A DNA stretch of 58,913 nt, the filler included, from Rhizaria sp. SCN 62-66 (taxonomy: Eukaryota), in assembly GCA_001724265.1 (NCBI GenBank). It is 5 parts of 5 records of this genome, joined end to end, with 100 filler letters (N's around TTAATTAATTAA, not from the genome) between each part and the next. Parts side by side here need not be neighbours in the genome. Positions count along the whole stretch, not along the records: positions 35,696 to 47,321 come from MEDY01000543.1; positions 47,422 to 58,913 come from MEDY01000544.1; 3 more parts are not named here. One strand, written 5' to 3'. Shown one piece after another: positions 38,144 to 49,982 of the stretch (the first letter of the stretch is position 1; each line of letters starts with the position of its first letter). A program made the translations under genes and the position numbers. Under the pieces are notes generated by a model. That model searched no databases and was not told the DNA's origin. It was given only the letters and a program-made list of their open reading frames with translations.

Positions 38144-38728
38144 ATGAGTGACAGCGCACTTGACAACGCGGAGGCGTTGTCGAACATCAACCCGATCCCG
38201 ACCAAGAAGACGCTGCTGCTGGTCAATGCCTTCATCGTCAACACCGTCGACTTCATGAACAAGTTCGCCGCGCTGGCCGAGCGCAAGATCGCGCGCGTGG
38301 CCGCGCACACGCAGCGCCTCGAGGTCATGCTCGCGCTACTTGAGGCCAAGCTCGAGTCGGTGCCCTGGCTCGACTCGATGCAGTCCTCCGCCGCCGCGGT
38401 CCCCGCGCCCGCGCCGCCCACCACCGCCGCGGCCGCCGCTGCGGCTGCCGACTACGGCGACCAGCCCCCTCCGCCGCCCGGTCCCGCGCCCGCCGCGGCC
38501 GTGGCCGCCGCCGCCGCGGCGCCGGAGCTGGTGCCGGAGCCGCCCACGCCCGCGGCGGACGTGATCCTGCTCAAGGAGGACGCTCGCTACCGGCAGTACA
38601 TGAAGATGCTCGCCATGGGCGTGCCCAAGCCCAGCGTCGCTCAGAAGATGGGCATCGACGGCCACGACCCCGCTATCGCCGAGATGGACCCCGACGGGCC
38701 CGCGCCGCCCGGCGCCTACCGCGAGTAA
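38144..38728 (+). CDS. WASHC3: WASH complex subunit 3 (CCDC53); the start may lie in an upstream exon
   Basis: KTLLLVNAFIVNTVDFMNKFA..LEAKLESVP and YMKMLAMGVP..VAQKM match the CCDC53 pattern. Ends TAA. Confidence 0.9.
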   Translation: MSDSALDNAEALSNINPIPTKKTLLLVNAFIVNTVDFMNKFAALAERKIARVAAHTQRLEVMLALLEAKLESVPWLDSMQSSAAAVPAPAPPTTAAAAAAAADYGDQPPPPPGPAPAAAVAAAAAAPELVPEPPTPAADVILLKEDARYRQYMKMLAMGVPKPSVAQKMGIDGHDPAIAEMDPDGPAPPGAYRE

Positions 38729-39265
38729 GCGCACTTCTCTGCGAGTACATACTGCGAGTACGAGTAAGCAGTTGTCGCAGCAGGCAGTCAACACACGGCA
38801 GGTTTGCGCGCCACCGCGAGTGAGCGTACTGCGGAGAAGCCGACTGCGATTAAACAACAAAGCAGTAGCTAAGAGTAAACACAGCAACGAAAACACATGT
38901 GCTGATGTCGTGTCAGCACATAGTCACAGTCAAAGTGGTTGTACTAGTACATGTTGATGCGCCCCATGTCTGCTGCTGTAACCTTGTTGTGAATGCTATT
39001 TGATGATGTCCTTTGTTATATTTTAGATTATTAAATTAGTTTGGTTCTTATTGATACAAAATGTTTGTTAGTGCATTGCGCAAGTGTGCTCTCGCATTGG
39101 AACAACACGTTCTGCATCATGCTGCTTGCAAGTGAGCGTCAACAGTTACGTGGAATTTGAAGAAAAAAAAAAGTAGAATAAGTGATCCATGGCCGGATAT
39201 CAGACGCGCCGGAAGTCAAAGCGGACGATTCGTGCGGCGTAAGGGCAAGCAAGGTTGAGGCGAGC

Positions 39266-39272
39266 AAAAAAA
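39266..39272 (-). terminator. Pol III oligo-T terminator of tRNA-Gln
   Basis: TTTTTTT starts 3 nt downstream of the tRNA 3' end. Confidence 0.75.
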
Positions 39273-39275
39273 TTA

Positions 39276-39347
39276 AGGTCTTACCGAGATTCGAACTCAG
39301 GACTATTGGATCAGAGCCAATCGTACTAACCGCTATACTATAAGACC
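39276..39347 (-). tRNA. tRNA-Gln(CTG), intronless
   Basis: GGTCTTA acceptor stem, D-loop AGCGGTTA, anticodon arm ATTGG-CTCTGAT-CCAAT, T-arm CTGAG-TTCGAAT-CTCGG, and a downstream T7 run. Confidence 0.95.
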
Positions 39348-39753
39348 TTCTTATCTAATGCGTTTAGATGATACTCGTGGGCTGTTTTTATTTATATTAT
39401 CTATTATATTTGCAACATTAAAATCTCTTATACATCCATTAATTCTTTACTCCCTTTAATTTAGTGGCTATATAATTAAGCTTTGACTCATACCAATTTA
39501 CACCTTTAATCGTTGGGGTCTTTACGGAGGTTATACAAAAAAACAGGACACACCATCCCATGAAGCCTTTACTACTTAGTATACTCTCACTGCATGCGAT
39601 GTTCTTTGGCAGGTTAAGTAATTTTAAGATTTCTATTGAAAAGTTTACGATGAGATATTTACAGTAACGGTCAAAATATCGACACAAGCTCACAAGCAAT
39701 CGTGGCCGTGAGACGTTTTTACATAAAGAAACAGCTTCGCACAGTCAGATTAC

Positions 39754-42700
39754 TCAGCCGCGCAGAGGCGCCGAAGCGTCGAGCAGCTCCTGCGCGGCCT
39801 CAACGGCGCCGCGGGCCTCGTCGGCGCTGCCCGCGAGCGCGATGGCGCGCTGGAGCCCCGCGCCGATGGCGCCCATGGCGGGCTTGCGCAGCTGCGCGCG
39901 GCCGGCGACAGCGCACGCTGCGGCCGCGGCCGAGGCCTGCACCGCGGCCCACGCCAGCGCGGCGCGCCAGGGCCCCGCGGCAGCGGCAGCGCTCCACAGC
40001 GCGCGGTCAGCCGCGGCGGCCGCGTCGACGGCCTGCGCGAGCGCGCGCACCAGCGGCGGCTGCGCGCCGACGACGCGGAGCAGGCGCGAGACCAGCGGAC
40101 TGAAAAGCGAGCTCTCAGTCTTGGCCTTGGTCACCGTCACCACGGCCGCCGCCAGCCCGACGGCCGCCGCGCCGGCCTCGGCGCCATCGTCCTCGCCGGC
40201 CGCAGCGGGCTCCTGCTCCTCCTCCTCCTCGTCGTCCCCGGCGCCAGCGCCCGCTCTGGCAGCAGCAGCGGCAGCGTTCCTGCGGCGGCGCTGGAGCACG
40301 ACCTCTGCGTCGGGCCCGTCGGCCGCGGCCACGTCGCGCGCGCCGCGGCACGCCAGCGCGTCGGCCGCCGCGGCGCACAGCACGGCCGCCACGGCCGCCG
40401 CGGACCCGGGCGTCTGCTGCGCCTGAGAGCCCGCAGCGGCGGCGCCGCCCGCGGCCAGCGCGGCGGGCAGCGCGGCAGGCGCGGACGCGGCGGTCTGGAG
40501 CGCGAGCAGCAGCGACTCGAGCGTGAGCGGCTCCGTCTCGGCGCCCGCGGCCTCGCACGCGGCGGCCAGACGCACGGCCTCGGCCACCAGCGCCGCCGTC
40601 TGCGCGCGCAGCACCTCGGCGTCGGCCGCGCGGGCCGCCGCGCCCGCGGGTCCCTGCGCGCGCTCGGGCAGCGCGGGCAGCCCCGCGGCGGCGAAGTCGG
40701 CGGCCTGGAAGGCGCCCTTGGCCAGCGCGGGCAGCAGGCCGCGCGTGATGAAGGCGCCCGGCGCGCGAGCGCGGCCCGCGGCGGCGACGCGCGAGGCCAG
40801 CTCGCGCGCCCAGTCGCGCAGCAGCGGCAGCGGGTACGCCGCGCCAACCGTGCCCACCGTCACGGCCTCGGTCGCCAGCCGCGCGCACTGCAGCGCCGTG
40901 CTCTGCAGCAACCACGCAGCCGAGTACCCGCCCTGCTCCGGCTCGTCGGCGGGGCCAGCTTTGGCCTTGGTCTTGTCCTTCGATGCTGTCGCAGTGCGCG
41001 CGCGTGCGGGGCGCTTGCTGCGGTGCGAGACGCGGCGGCCGTCCTCGTCCTCGCGCACAACGCCGTCCTCCTCCTCCTCCTCTTCCACATCTTCAGCCGC
41101 GTCGTCATCGTCGTCAGCGTTGACGTCGATGGTAGAGGGTGTGACAAGGAGCCCGCCGCTGGGCGTGCAGAGCAGGTCCTGCGCGGTGTCGCAGCGCGCG
41201 AGGGCCTGGAACACAGCGCCCGCCGTCTGCGCCAGCGACGCAAAGCGCTGCGTGATCTCGGCGTCGCCGGCACTGGCGGCGCGGCGCGCGGCCGTCTCGT
41301 CGTCCTCGCTGTCCGAAGACTCGTCGCGGCCGGCGCTGCGCTCGGCGGCGCGGCGCGCGCGGCCCGCAGCGGCGGCGCGCTCGTGGCCGATCGCGTGGAG
41401 GTCGGTGCGCACGCGGCAGGCGACGATCTCACCCAGCAGCTGCCGCGCCGCGCCCGCGCCGGGACCCGCCGCGGCGGCCGCGGCCGCGCCCGTGGCCAGC
41501 GCGGCGGGCAGCACCTCGGCGGCGCCGGCCAGCAGCGCGAGAAGCTGCCCGCGGTCCGCGATCAGGAACACGTCCCCACGCCACGTGCTGGAGCCCAGCA
41601 GCAGCGAGAAGATGCGCACGCCCAGCGCAGGCGCCAACGCGCCCGCCTGCGCGGCAACCCAGTCGGCAGGCCGCTGCGACAGCTGCAGCATGCCCACGTT
41701 GCCGCCCTCGACGGCGCCAGAGCCCGTGCCCGAGGACGCCACTGCGCGCGCGTGCAGCTTCAGCAGCGCGTCCATCGCCGCACCCTTGGTGCTGGCGCCG
41801 GCAGAGCCGCGAGCGGCGCCTGTGGCGGCGGCCGCGGCGGGCGCCTCCGCGGCGACGGCGGGCGGGAGCACGACCCCGAACGCGGCCGCAGCGGAGGCGA
41901 CGCCGCGCGCGACGGCGACGCGGACGATGGCGACAACGACCTCGGTGAAGCCCCACGCGGCGAGGCAGTGGACCAGCGCGGCCAGCTCGGCGCCCGCGGC
42001 GTCGGCGGGCAGCGCGAGCAGGCGCGGCAGCAGCTCCGAGGCCAGCGATGCGCACGCGCCCGCGGGGAACTGCGCGGCGAGCCCGAGCAGCGCGACGGTG
42101 GCGAGCGCGTCGTGACCCAGCAGGCGCAGGCCCTGCGCCAGCGTGTCGCTCGTCTGCACCGCCTTGAGCAGAGGCCCCACGGCCTTGCGCAGCTCGCCCG
42201 TCACCACGGCCGGGCCCGCGCGCGTGAGCGGCACGGGCAGCGCGGCGCGCCACGAGTGCATCATCACCACCAGCAGGTCAACGAGGACGCGCTCCTCCAG
42301 CAGCGCGCCGGACCCGCCCTCGGGGCCCGCACCGGCGCGTGCAGCCGCCGACGCAGACGCAGACGAGGATGCAGAGCTGCGGTCAGGGTCGGCGGCGGCC
42401 GCGGCGCTGCCCTTCTTCTTGCCAGCGCCGGCGACGCGGGAGCGCTTGCCGGCGGTGACAATGACAACATCATCGCCGTCGTCATTGTCGTCGTTGTCGT
42501 CGTCGTTGTCGCTGCGGGCCTCAAGCCTGCGTGCCTGCTGCGTCGCGCGCAGCGCAAACTGGCGCGCGACGAGCCCGTGCGCCACGGCAACAACGCGGAA
42601 CAGCTCCGCGGGCTCGGCGCCGGCGCCCGCCGAGGCGTAGAAGCGCTTGGCCGCGGCGGAGTTGAGACGCAGCATGGCGACCATGCGCTCGCCCAAGTGT

Positions 42701-44478
42701 GCGGCGTCGGCGGGCAGAAAGACCGGCCGCAGCAGAGCCAGCAGCGCGTCGGCCAGCGTAGGGCCCGCCGACTGGAAGCGCGCGAGCAGGCGCTCGTCGG
42801 ACACGGCGTCCGAGAGCGAGAAGGTGCGCAGGCTGCGGAAGGCGCAGAGCATGCGCACGGCGGCCAGCTGCACGCGCTCGGAGCGGTCCCACAGCAGCGC
42901 GGCCGCCGAGGGCACGACGGCCAGCAGCGGCTTAGTCAGCGCGGGCAGGTCCACCAGGCGCGACAGCGTGGCCAGCGCGGCGGCGCGAACCGAAGCCGCG
43001 GCGGCGTCCGTCAGCAGCGCCACCACGCCCTGCAGCAGCGTCTTGACCTCAGCCAGCGGCAGGATCTCGGCCCATAGCGTGAGCGCGCGCGCCACGGCGT
43101 CAAGCGCGGCCTCGCGCGTGGGCACGTGCGCGTCACCGAGCAGCTTCTTGATCTTGTCCAGATGCCGGTTCGTCTCCTGCTCGATCTTGGCGCGGTCGCC
43201 GCCGCGGTCGTCCATCACGGGAAAGGCCGACACGAGCACCTGCGCGGCGTTGTGGCGCACGGCCGAGTTGGGCGCCTCAAGCGCGCGCCACAGCAGCGGC
43301 GCGTAGAGCTCGGCCAGCATCGCAGACATGGGCGCGAAGGCGCCGCGGCGCTCGTGGAAGCCGACCGAGAGCACGGTTAGCATGGCCGCAGCCGTCGCCT
43401 CGTGCTTGGACTCGAGCGCGCGGCGCGCCATGTCCTGCAGCACCTGCTGCTGCAGCGTAGCCACCAGCCCGGCCGCGACTGCCGGTTCCAGCGGCACGCC
43501 CGCGGGCCACTTGCCCGTGGCCGCAGCCGCCGTCGCCGAGTCCGCAGTGGACCAGCGCGACAGGTCCGTCCACGCACGACCAAAGATCTCGCCGTAGAAG
43601 CCCAGCGTGCCGCGCGAGGCGTCGGGCAGCTGGTGCAGGATCACCTTGTAGGCCGCGCACGCGAGCACGGGCGACAGCGTCAGGAAGAAGGACAGCACGC
43701 GGCGCCCGTCGGCCGAGCCCAGCAGCGCGGGGTCGGTGAAGGCGAGCAGAAACTTGCGCAGCGTCCAGTCCGACGACGCAGCCTCCAGGTCCAGATAACG
43801 GAAGGCCGCGCGCACGGCCAGGAGGCGCTTGACCTCGTTGGGCGTGATGCCGCCCTCGCTGCTGGAGCCGACGTTGCGGAGCAGGAATGCCGTCGTCGTC
43901 GGCGCCAGTTGGCTCGACGCCACGCGGTTCCCCGCAATCCACGTCTCGGCCACACGCGATGCAGCCGTGCTCAGTGCCGGTGCAGACTTGTTCAGCTCGA
44001 GCGCGACCACGCTCAGCCGCGTCAGCGTGTCGACGAGCTGAGGCGGGCGCGCCTCTGCCTGCGCCTGCGCGCTCAACGAGTCGATCGGAGGCACAAGGCG
44101 CGCGGACTGCGGGCCCGTCGTAATTGAGGTAAGGAGCTGAATAACGGTGTTAATGTACTGCTTCTCAGCATCACTGCATGTGTTGTCTTCGTCCCAGTGT
44201 GTGCGGCAGTCGTTCGAGAGCGCTGAGAGCTGGCGCGAAAGACCCGCGTAGAACGCATCGCGGTCAGCGCGCGTAGCCGAGACGAGAGCGTCAACCACGG
44301 CTTGGGCAGATGAGGACTGAACCAGGGCAACGAGACCCGCAGCTTCCTCAGCGTTTGACGCCGACGCAGCGGCATTCCTGCTGCGGCTGCCACCAGAACG
44401 AGATGAGGAAGAAGCCGCGGTGGATCCGACAAAATTCCACGGCTGCTTCGCAGCAGCCAAAAGGTCACCAACCTTCAT
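39754..44478 (-). CDS. NCAPG2: Condensin II HEAT subunit CAP-G2, 1574 aa, apparently intronless
   Basis: DGRRVLSFFL, YGEIFGRAW, LYAPLLWRALEAPNSAVRHNAAQVLVSAFP and LLWDRSERVQLA match conserved CAP-G2 blocks. Ends TGA. Confidence 0.85.
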   Translation of the reverse strand: MKVGDLLAAAKQPWNFVGSTAASSSSRSGGSRSRNAAASASNAEEAAGLVALVQSSSAQAVVDALVSATRADRDAFYAGLSRQLSALSNDCRTHWDEDNTCSDAEKQYINTVIQLLTSITTGPQSARLVPPIDSLSAQAQAEARPPQLVDTLTRLSVVALELNKSAPALSTAASRVAETWIAGNRVASSQLAPTTTAFLLRNVGSSSEGGITPNEVKRLLAVRAAFRYLDLEAASSDWTLRKFLLAFTDPALLGSADGRRVLSFFLTLSPVLACAAYKVILHQLPDASRGTLGFYGEIFGRAWTDLSRWSTADSATAAAATGKWPAGVPLEPAVAAGLVATLQQQVLQDMARRALESKHEATAAAMLTVLSVGFHERRGAFAPMSAMLAELYAPLLWRALEAPNSAVRHNAAQVLVSAFPVMDDRGGDRAKIEQETNRHLDKIKKLLGDAHVPTREAALDAVARALTLWAEILPLAEVKTLLQGVVALLTDAAAASVRAAALATLSRLVDLPALTKPLLAVVPSAAALLWDRSERVQLAAVRMLCAFRSLRTFSLSDAVSDERLLARFQSAGPTLADALLALLRPVFLPADAAHLGERMVAMLRLNSAAAKRFYASAGAGAEPAELFRVVAVAHGLVARQFALRATQQARRLEARSDNDDDNDDNDDGDDVVIVTAGKRSRVAGAGKKKGSAAAAADPDRSSASSSASASAAARAGAGPEGGSGALLEERVLVDLLVVMMHSWRAALPVPLTRAGPAVVTGELRKAVGPLLKAVQTSDTLAQGLRLLGHDALATVALLGLAAQFPAGACASLASELLPRLLALPADAAGAELAALVHCLAAWGFTEVVVAIVRVAVARGVASAAAAFGVVLPPAVAAEAPAAAAATGAARGSAGASTKGAAMDALLKLHARAVASSGTGSGAVEGGNVGMLQLSQRPADWVAAQAGALAPALGVRIFSLLLGSSTWRGDVFLIADRGQLLALLAGAAEVLPAALATGAAAAAAAGPGAGAARQLLGEIVACRVRTDLHAIGHERAAAAGRARRAAERSAGRDESSDSEDDETAARRAASAGDAEITQRFASLAQTAGAVFQALARCDTAQDLLCTPSGGLLVTPSTIDVNADDDDDAAEDVEEEEEEDGVVREDEDGRRVSHRSKRPARARTATASKDKTKAKAGPADEPEQGGYSAAWLLQSTALQCARLATEAVTVGTVGAAYPLPLLRDWARELASRVAAAGRARAPGAFITRGLLPALAKGAFQAADFAAAGLPALPERAQGPAGAAARAADAEVLRAQTAALVAEAVRLAAACEAAGAETEPLTLESLLLALQTAASAPAALPAALAAGGAAAAGSQAQQTPGSAAAVAAVLCAAAADALACRGARDVAAADGPDAEVVLQRRRRNAAAAAARAGAGAGDDEEEEEQEPAAAGEDDGAEAGAAAVGLAAAVVTVTKAKTESSLFSPLVSRLLRVVGAQPPLVRALAQAVDAAAAADRALWSAAAAAGPWRAALAWAAVQASAAAAACAVAGRAQLRKPAMGAIGAGLQRAIALAGSADEARGAVEAAQELLDASAPLRG

Positions 44479-45783
44479 ATACGCAAGAATAGAAAGGTCA
44501 CAAGCACAGTTACCGTCTGAAGATTCCTAGAGGCTGGCTTAAACTGAACCTAGGGCACAATGAAGCAAGAACTGCGAAACGGAAGTGAGACGTCGCGCAA
44601 TGACAACAGGACACGAAAGAAGAGCTACCGCAGATCAGATAATGATATTTGAAATACAAAATAAACAGCAAATAGATAAATATCACATGTACATAATATG
44701 TCAAATAATTGCTCAATGAACGCTCCATAAAAGAGATATTACCAGAGAAAGTTTAGACTTTTTGAAATTCGAAGGCGGCTGTCTCCAGTCGGGTTAGCCA
44801 ACGGCTATGAGTCCGGAGAAAAGCCGAACAAATAACAGGGTTATGTCGGTACAACAAACGTTCACAAACTAAACTTGTCCCTACCCCATGCATGCGCCAG
44901 TAATAACGTGTTTATTACACGAAGTATTTGTACAGCCCATGATGACGCCGGGAGCGCAGCTCAATTGAAACCTCTAGAGAGATGAAAACATACAATATTG
45001 ACCACATACCAATTTGTTCTTAAATATTACATTTTATAATATGTATACAAATAAAAATAAAATATTTAATACACGTTTCCTTCTTAATTAAATTGTATAT
45101 TATAAAAAGGCGCGCAAAACTCAATTAAAAATGTTAAGAAAATTGTGTTACATATGATATAAAATTTTAATAAATTATGCGCCGTGCCCAAACTGTTGGG
45201 CGACGCGGACAAAAGTTGATACGTTCTAGTCCTCTTGTCTAAGAAAAGAAGCAGAAATGTATTTCAAAATGAAAAAGCTATTAATATTTTTTACGCAGTT
45301 TTAATTTTAGGATAAGATAAAAAAAACAATATTAAGTAATAAAATGTTCAAATAATATCAAAATATTTTAAAGCGTTTTATTAAATGTATTTTTAAATAT
45401 AAAATTACTTTTCAATAAAAAAAGCTTATTTATGATGCTACATTGCTCTATTTTTGTCTTTTTTGCAGACTTTTGGATTGATGGAGCCAAAAGAAGTAGA
45501 GACTAAAATCATTTATTGCAACAATCACTTTATATTGCACCACCCAGTTATTATGCCTGCTCTTAAACAAGATTCTTGTGTCGTTGCACGCAATTCAATC
45601 AAATTATACTTGTTTATGGTTGTTTGTGGCAAGGTTGCGACTTTTTCGGTCTCGACAGCTTGCCGCTCGATTCTTCTGAAGTGAGCTCAAGGAGTTTGAA
45701 TCGGATTGAATACTTGCACTATTTCTCGTTCATTTCGTCAACCACACCGTTATTGGATAGAAACACAACAGTAATCATTAAAA

Positions 45784-47321
45784 ATGGAGCTTGATGCTCT
45801 TAAAGTCAAGTTTACGCACAGTAACACTGTGCGTGACAAGAAGCCCTACACAGTACGTCGACATCCCTCCGCCAATATCTCTCTTTATCACGTGATGACT
45901 TTTGCGTTCAGACATATAACTATGTCCATATGATATAGCAAGCGTACGACTACTATATGCGCGCCAGAGCATTTTCTCTAGCTACCGTGGTTCTCGCAAA
46001 ATCTGTCTGTGAACAACCGGCATGCGACTCCCTGAGGTTGTCTCCGTCTAGTCAGACGATCCAAATTGCCAACTTGTAAACACAACTGAGTGTGCAATTA
46101 CGATTATATGTGCTTTATTTGTAAATGAAGCGCAGTAATATGTCCTGCTTTTCTCTGTTTTACTCAAGAAATCCTGATCTTGACGTATAAATCCATCGTT
46201 AAAGGTCTCACTCTAACCTCTCTACATCCCTCTTTGCTTGCGATTGTCTACGCGTACAGATCTATGAAATCGAGGTTCGCAGCTCGTCTACGATCACGTG
46301 GGTGATCTACAAGCGTTACTCGTCTTTCTTCGGGTTGCACCAGTCGCTGGCGGCGCTGGAGCAGGGCGGCAAGCACGGATGGCGCCTGCCCCCGCTGCCG
46401 CCGAAGCGTCTCACGCGCTCGCTCGCGACTGAGTTCGTCGAGCGCCGTAAAGCAGAGCTCGAGGAGTACCTGCGGCTGATCCTCACAGTGCCCGCGCTGT
46501 TGCACTCTGAGGTGCTTCTGACTTTCCTGGAAGTGCCCGACTCGGTGCGGCCGATGCTCTCGCGCGCGCCAGCCTCGGCCGCCCATGGCCGCGCAGACCG
46601 CTACGACTTCCGCTCCGGCGTGGGCGGCTCCGCATGGGGCGAGGCCGCGATGCTGGGCGGCCACCACGCGCCGTCACGCACGCCCGAGGACCGGCGTGTG
46701 TTGGAGCTGTGCTCGCTGCTGCGCTCGTCGAGCAACAAGACGGCCGCGCTGCACGCCTTCGAGGAGTGGCTCTTCACTACGCGCCCGCGCCTCTCGGCCG
46801 ACATCATCCGCATGCTCTTCGAGGGCGACTCGGGCGCTGACGCCGACGGTGGGCTCATCCAGGCCTGCGGCGACCTGCGCCACTCGCGCGTGGCCTCGCG
46901 CGCCGCCCTCGCGCTCATCGCGCTTCTGCTGGACCCCGAGCGCAACAAGGACGCACCCGCCTACCGCGAGCAGCTCACCGCGCTGCCGCCCGCCACGCTG
47001 CAGAAGATGCGGCTGCACATGCACGTGCTCTCGCGCCGCGGCAACGGCCGCCTTGCCTTCAAGGTCCTCTCGGTGCTGGTCGAGCCGCAGCTGCGCCTGG
47101 CCCACGCCGCCATCGCCGCGCGCGCGACGCCCGCCGCGGCCGCCGCCTCGGCTGCGCTCGCCACGGGCTCCGACCTCACGCTCGAGCAGCTCGTCCAGGA
47201 CGCCGCCGCGCGCGCCGAGTTCCTGCTCTGGCTGCGTCGCCGCGCACGCACTACCACCGTGAGCGGCGCGCCCCCCGGCGCCGCGGCGCTGGCCGGCGCG
47301 GCGGGCGGCGGCGCGGGCGGC
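45784..47321 (+). CDS. PX (phox homology) domain protein, 3' truncated
   Basis: Exons 45784-45852 and 46260-47321. PYTIYEIEV..WVIYKRYSSFFGLH..LPPLPPK..FVERRKAELEEYL..LLTFL. Confidence 0.88.
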
Positions 47322-47421
47322 NNNNNNNNNNNNNNNNNNNNNNNNNNNNNNNNNNNNNNNNNNNNTTAATTAATTAANNNNNNNNNNNNNNNNNNNNNNN
47401 NNNNNNNNNNNNNNNNNNNNN
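47322..47421. other. Artificial contig-joining spacer
   Basis: N44-TTAATTAATTAA-N44. Confidence 0.98.
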
Positions 47422-47450
47422 TGTGTGTGTGTGTGTGTGTGTGTGTGTGT
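47422..47450 (+). repeat. (TG)n microsatellite at the contig start
   Basis: About 14 TG units, cut by the gap. Confidence 0.92.
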
Positions 47451-49982
47451 CATGAGGCTTTGAGTCTCTGTGATGGTTCGAGAGACGCGTTGCTCTGAGG
47501 GGGTTACTCGTTGTGTGCAGTGTCTGTGTTCCGGGGGCAGCGTTGTGGCTGCCCGCACCTTGCACTGCATCTGATCCTCCAACCACGCATGCATTGCTTG
47601 ATCTTACAAGTCACAACACAATACCTTCGCCGCTTAGACCACACTACACTTGCGGTGCACGGCGACTGCTCCTGTGACCTGTCACTTGCGACTGATGCTA
47701 CCTCCTGTCAATATCAAATCAAATGCAGCACAACTGTCTCTGAGTCTGCTTTCTTCTTTCCTTTTTTTATTGTTTCTGTGACTTGTTTCTGTTTTGTTTT
47801 CTTGCTCTGTTGTTGTGTGACTGTATTTCGCGGGGCCAGGTCTCTGAACCGACTCTGTCCAGGCCTCCCGGGTTTCCCTGTTTCCGTCTTTTTTGTTCAT
47901 TTTGCTTTGTGCTTTTGCCGTCTTTTTTTGCGACTGTTTGTTTACGTTATCTTCTTACGTTTACTCCGCTCGACCCTCCACTGCTTTGCTCTTTCCCCTG
48001 TGTCGTGCTTTGCACTGCACTGCATTGCTTTGCGTTGAGCGACGACTCACCCCGTTCTACTATGCTTTGTGTTATTATGTGTGATATATTTTGCGATGTG
48101 ATGTGCTACGTGTTCGTGTTTTCTCATGTCACTGTTTGCTCAGTTTTGTGTTCAGTATGTTTGGATTTACTGCCGATTACTGGCGGCGCGCGCTGTCTCA
48201 CTCTGAATCGCCGTCGTCAGGTTTATTTCTGAGTTCGTTGCCATTGCCATTGTCGTTGTCATGTAGTTAATATGTTTAAAATCAGCTCTATCGTGATCCA
48301 TCACTTCTCTGCCCTCAGCTCTCATTCTCTCTTTCCCCGCCCTCTCTCGCCGTCCACATATCGCTTCTCTTGGTATGCTCTGTGGTGTGAAGCGTACGAG
48401 ATCTGGGGGCAATGCGAAGCGATGCTACTCATGTCACGCCATGCTCTGTCTGTTTTGTTGTTGGTTTGTTGCCTCATTCTATGTCGTTTTTGTTCTTTCG
48501 TCTTTCAGTCACACAGTCTCACGCACAGTCACTTTTTCGCACAGTCACTTTTTCGCACAAGCACACATTCACTCGATCACAGTCAGTCATTATCTTCGCC
48601 ATTCACTTCTCCAGGCAAACATCCACATGTTTATCAATCAACAATGTCATTCACAGTCTTGTTCATACCATCCTCTTTTTCCTTCTGTCTCCCCGTCCGT
48701 TTCTCAGTCCCAGTCGTCCCACTCGCACGTGCGCTTTTCTCACATGTGTCTGTATCCGCGCCTCATCCTCTGGATTCACCGCATTTTACTCAATCCCCAC
48801 ATTCATTTACTCGTTAATAGCTGCGCTTCTTAAAATTCCCCGTCTCGTCTCGTATTCTGGTAAGCTCTCGGATGCATGTCGGGAGTCACTTTTTATCGAC
48901 TTCCGCTTGCATCTGTGAGTGAGAACTACTTATCTCCCTGTCAGTCTCGCCTCGCATTGAACCACAACGCTGTTTAACACAACTCTGTTCCTCAAAATTG
49001 TGGCAGAGGCGTGTCAAAACGCTTTCACCCACGTGTTCCACCTTCAAGTGTCAGTCATCGTTCTTCTGTCCTCGTTGCACTCTGCGTCACTTGACCTCAC
49101 CACGTGCTGCGCTGTGTTGTGTTGTGCTGGAGTGTGACTGTCGCGCTGTGTAAGTGTGAGTGTGAATGTAGCGTTGTTTTTGTGGGGTATCCGGCGCCTG
49201 CCCGCCTCTGCGCATGCTTTTGCGCCATGATGCTGGGGGGCCGACTCTACACACACGGAATCACGCTCATCCCACGTTCACGGCCACAGTCACACTTGCA
49301 GTCAGTCACAACCACCCACGAATAGGACGCACTGTCTCACAACTTATGCCCACTGCAATGCAGCAGGCGTGCGGTCGAACATCAGTGACTGTGACTGTGA
49401 TGGCGCTTGCATGAGTGAAGGCTGAACTTGACAGACACTTAAGATGATTCGTGGATTGAAGAAATGGCATCAGCAAGTGCAGTAATGCGGGCGCTCATGT
49501 GAGTGCTTGTGCAACTGCGTGTGAGTGTAAGTGTGACGATGACAAATAGACAAAGGTCGGGTAAGTCGCGGAGTACGTGGGAAAGAGTGGCTTGACAAGT
49601 GTGCTTTGTGACTACAGTTGTTGCAACTGCGGCGTTGAGATGAGTCTCATGACGCAATCTTAGCTATTTGTACCGTCCGTGGTGTTACAATATGAGATTT
49701 TAGCGTGAATTTGTGTGATGTTCTGTTCAAAATTCAACTATATGTAATTATGACAACTCAGAGGTCTCAAAAATATATGTACCGGCTGTATACGTCCAAC
49801 TTAACTGAATACATTAATAACTACCCTTTATCAATCGCACAACTCATTCTACAAGTTTCATTTCAATTCGTTACTACTATGTATTGATGCTCTCCCTTGT
49901 CTTCTTGAACAAGAGTAAACAACGACTATTGATCACTTGTTAAACAGTTAGCCGTGAAGGTACCACTGCGAGTCATATCACC

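Noticed and set aside
45180-45230. GC hairpin followed by CTAGT (Helitron-like 3' end)
   Set aside because: The hairpin-to-CTAG spacing (~20 nt) is longer than typical, and no 5' end or second copy is visible.
48359-48375. ATCGCTTCTC resembling the U2 snRNA 5' end
   Set aside because: The match stops after 10 nt, with no branch-pairing or Sm site.
47511-48918. Overlapping Phe/Cys/Ser/His-rich ORFs
   Set aside because: These are translations of pyrimidine/TG-rich simple sequence with codon usage unlike the real genes.
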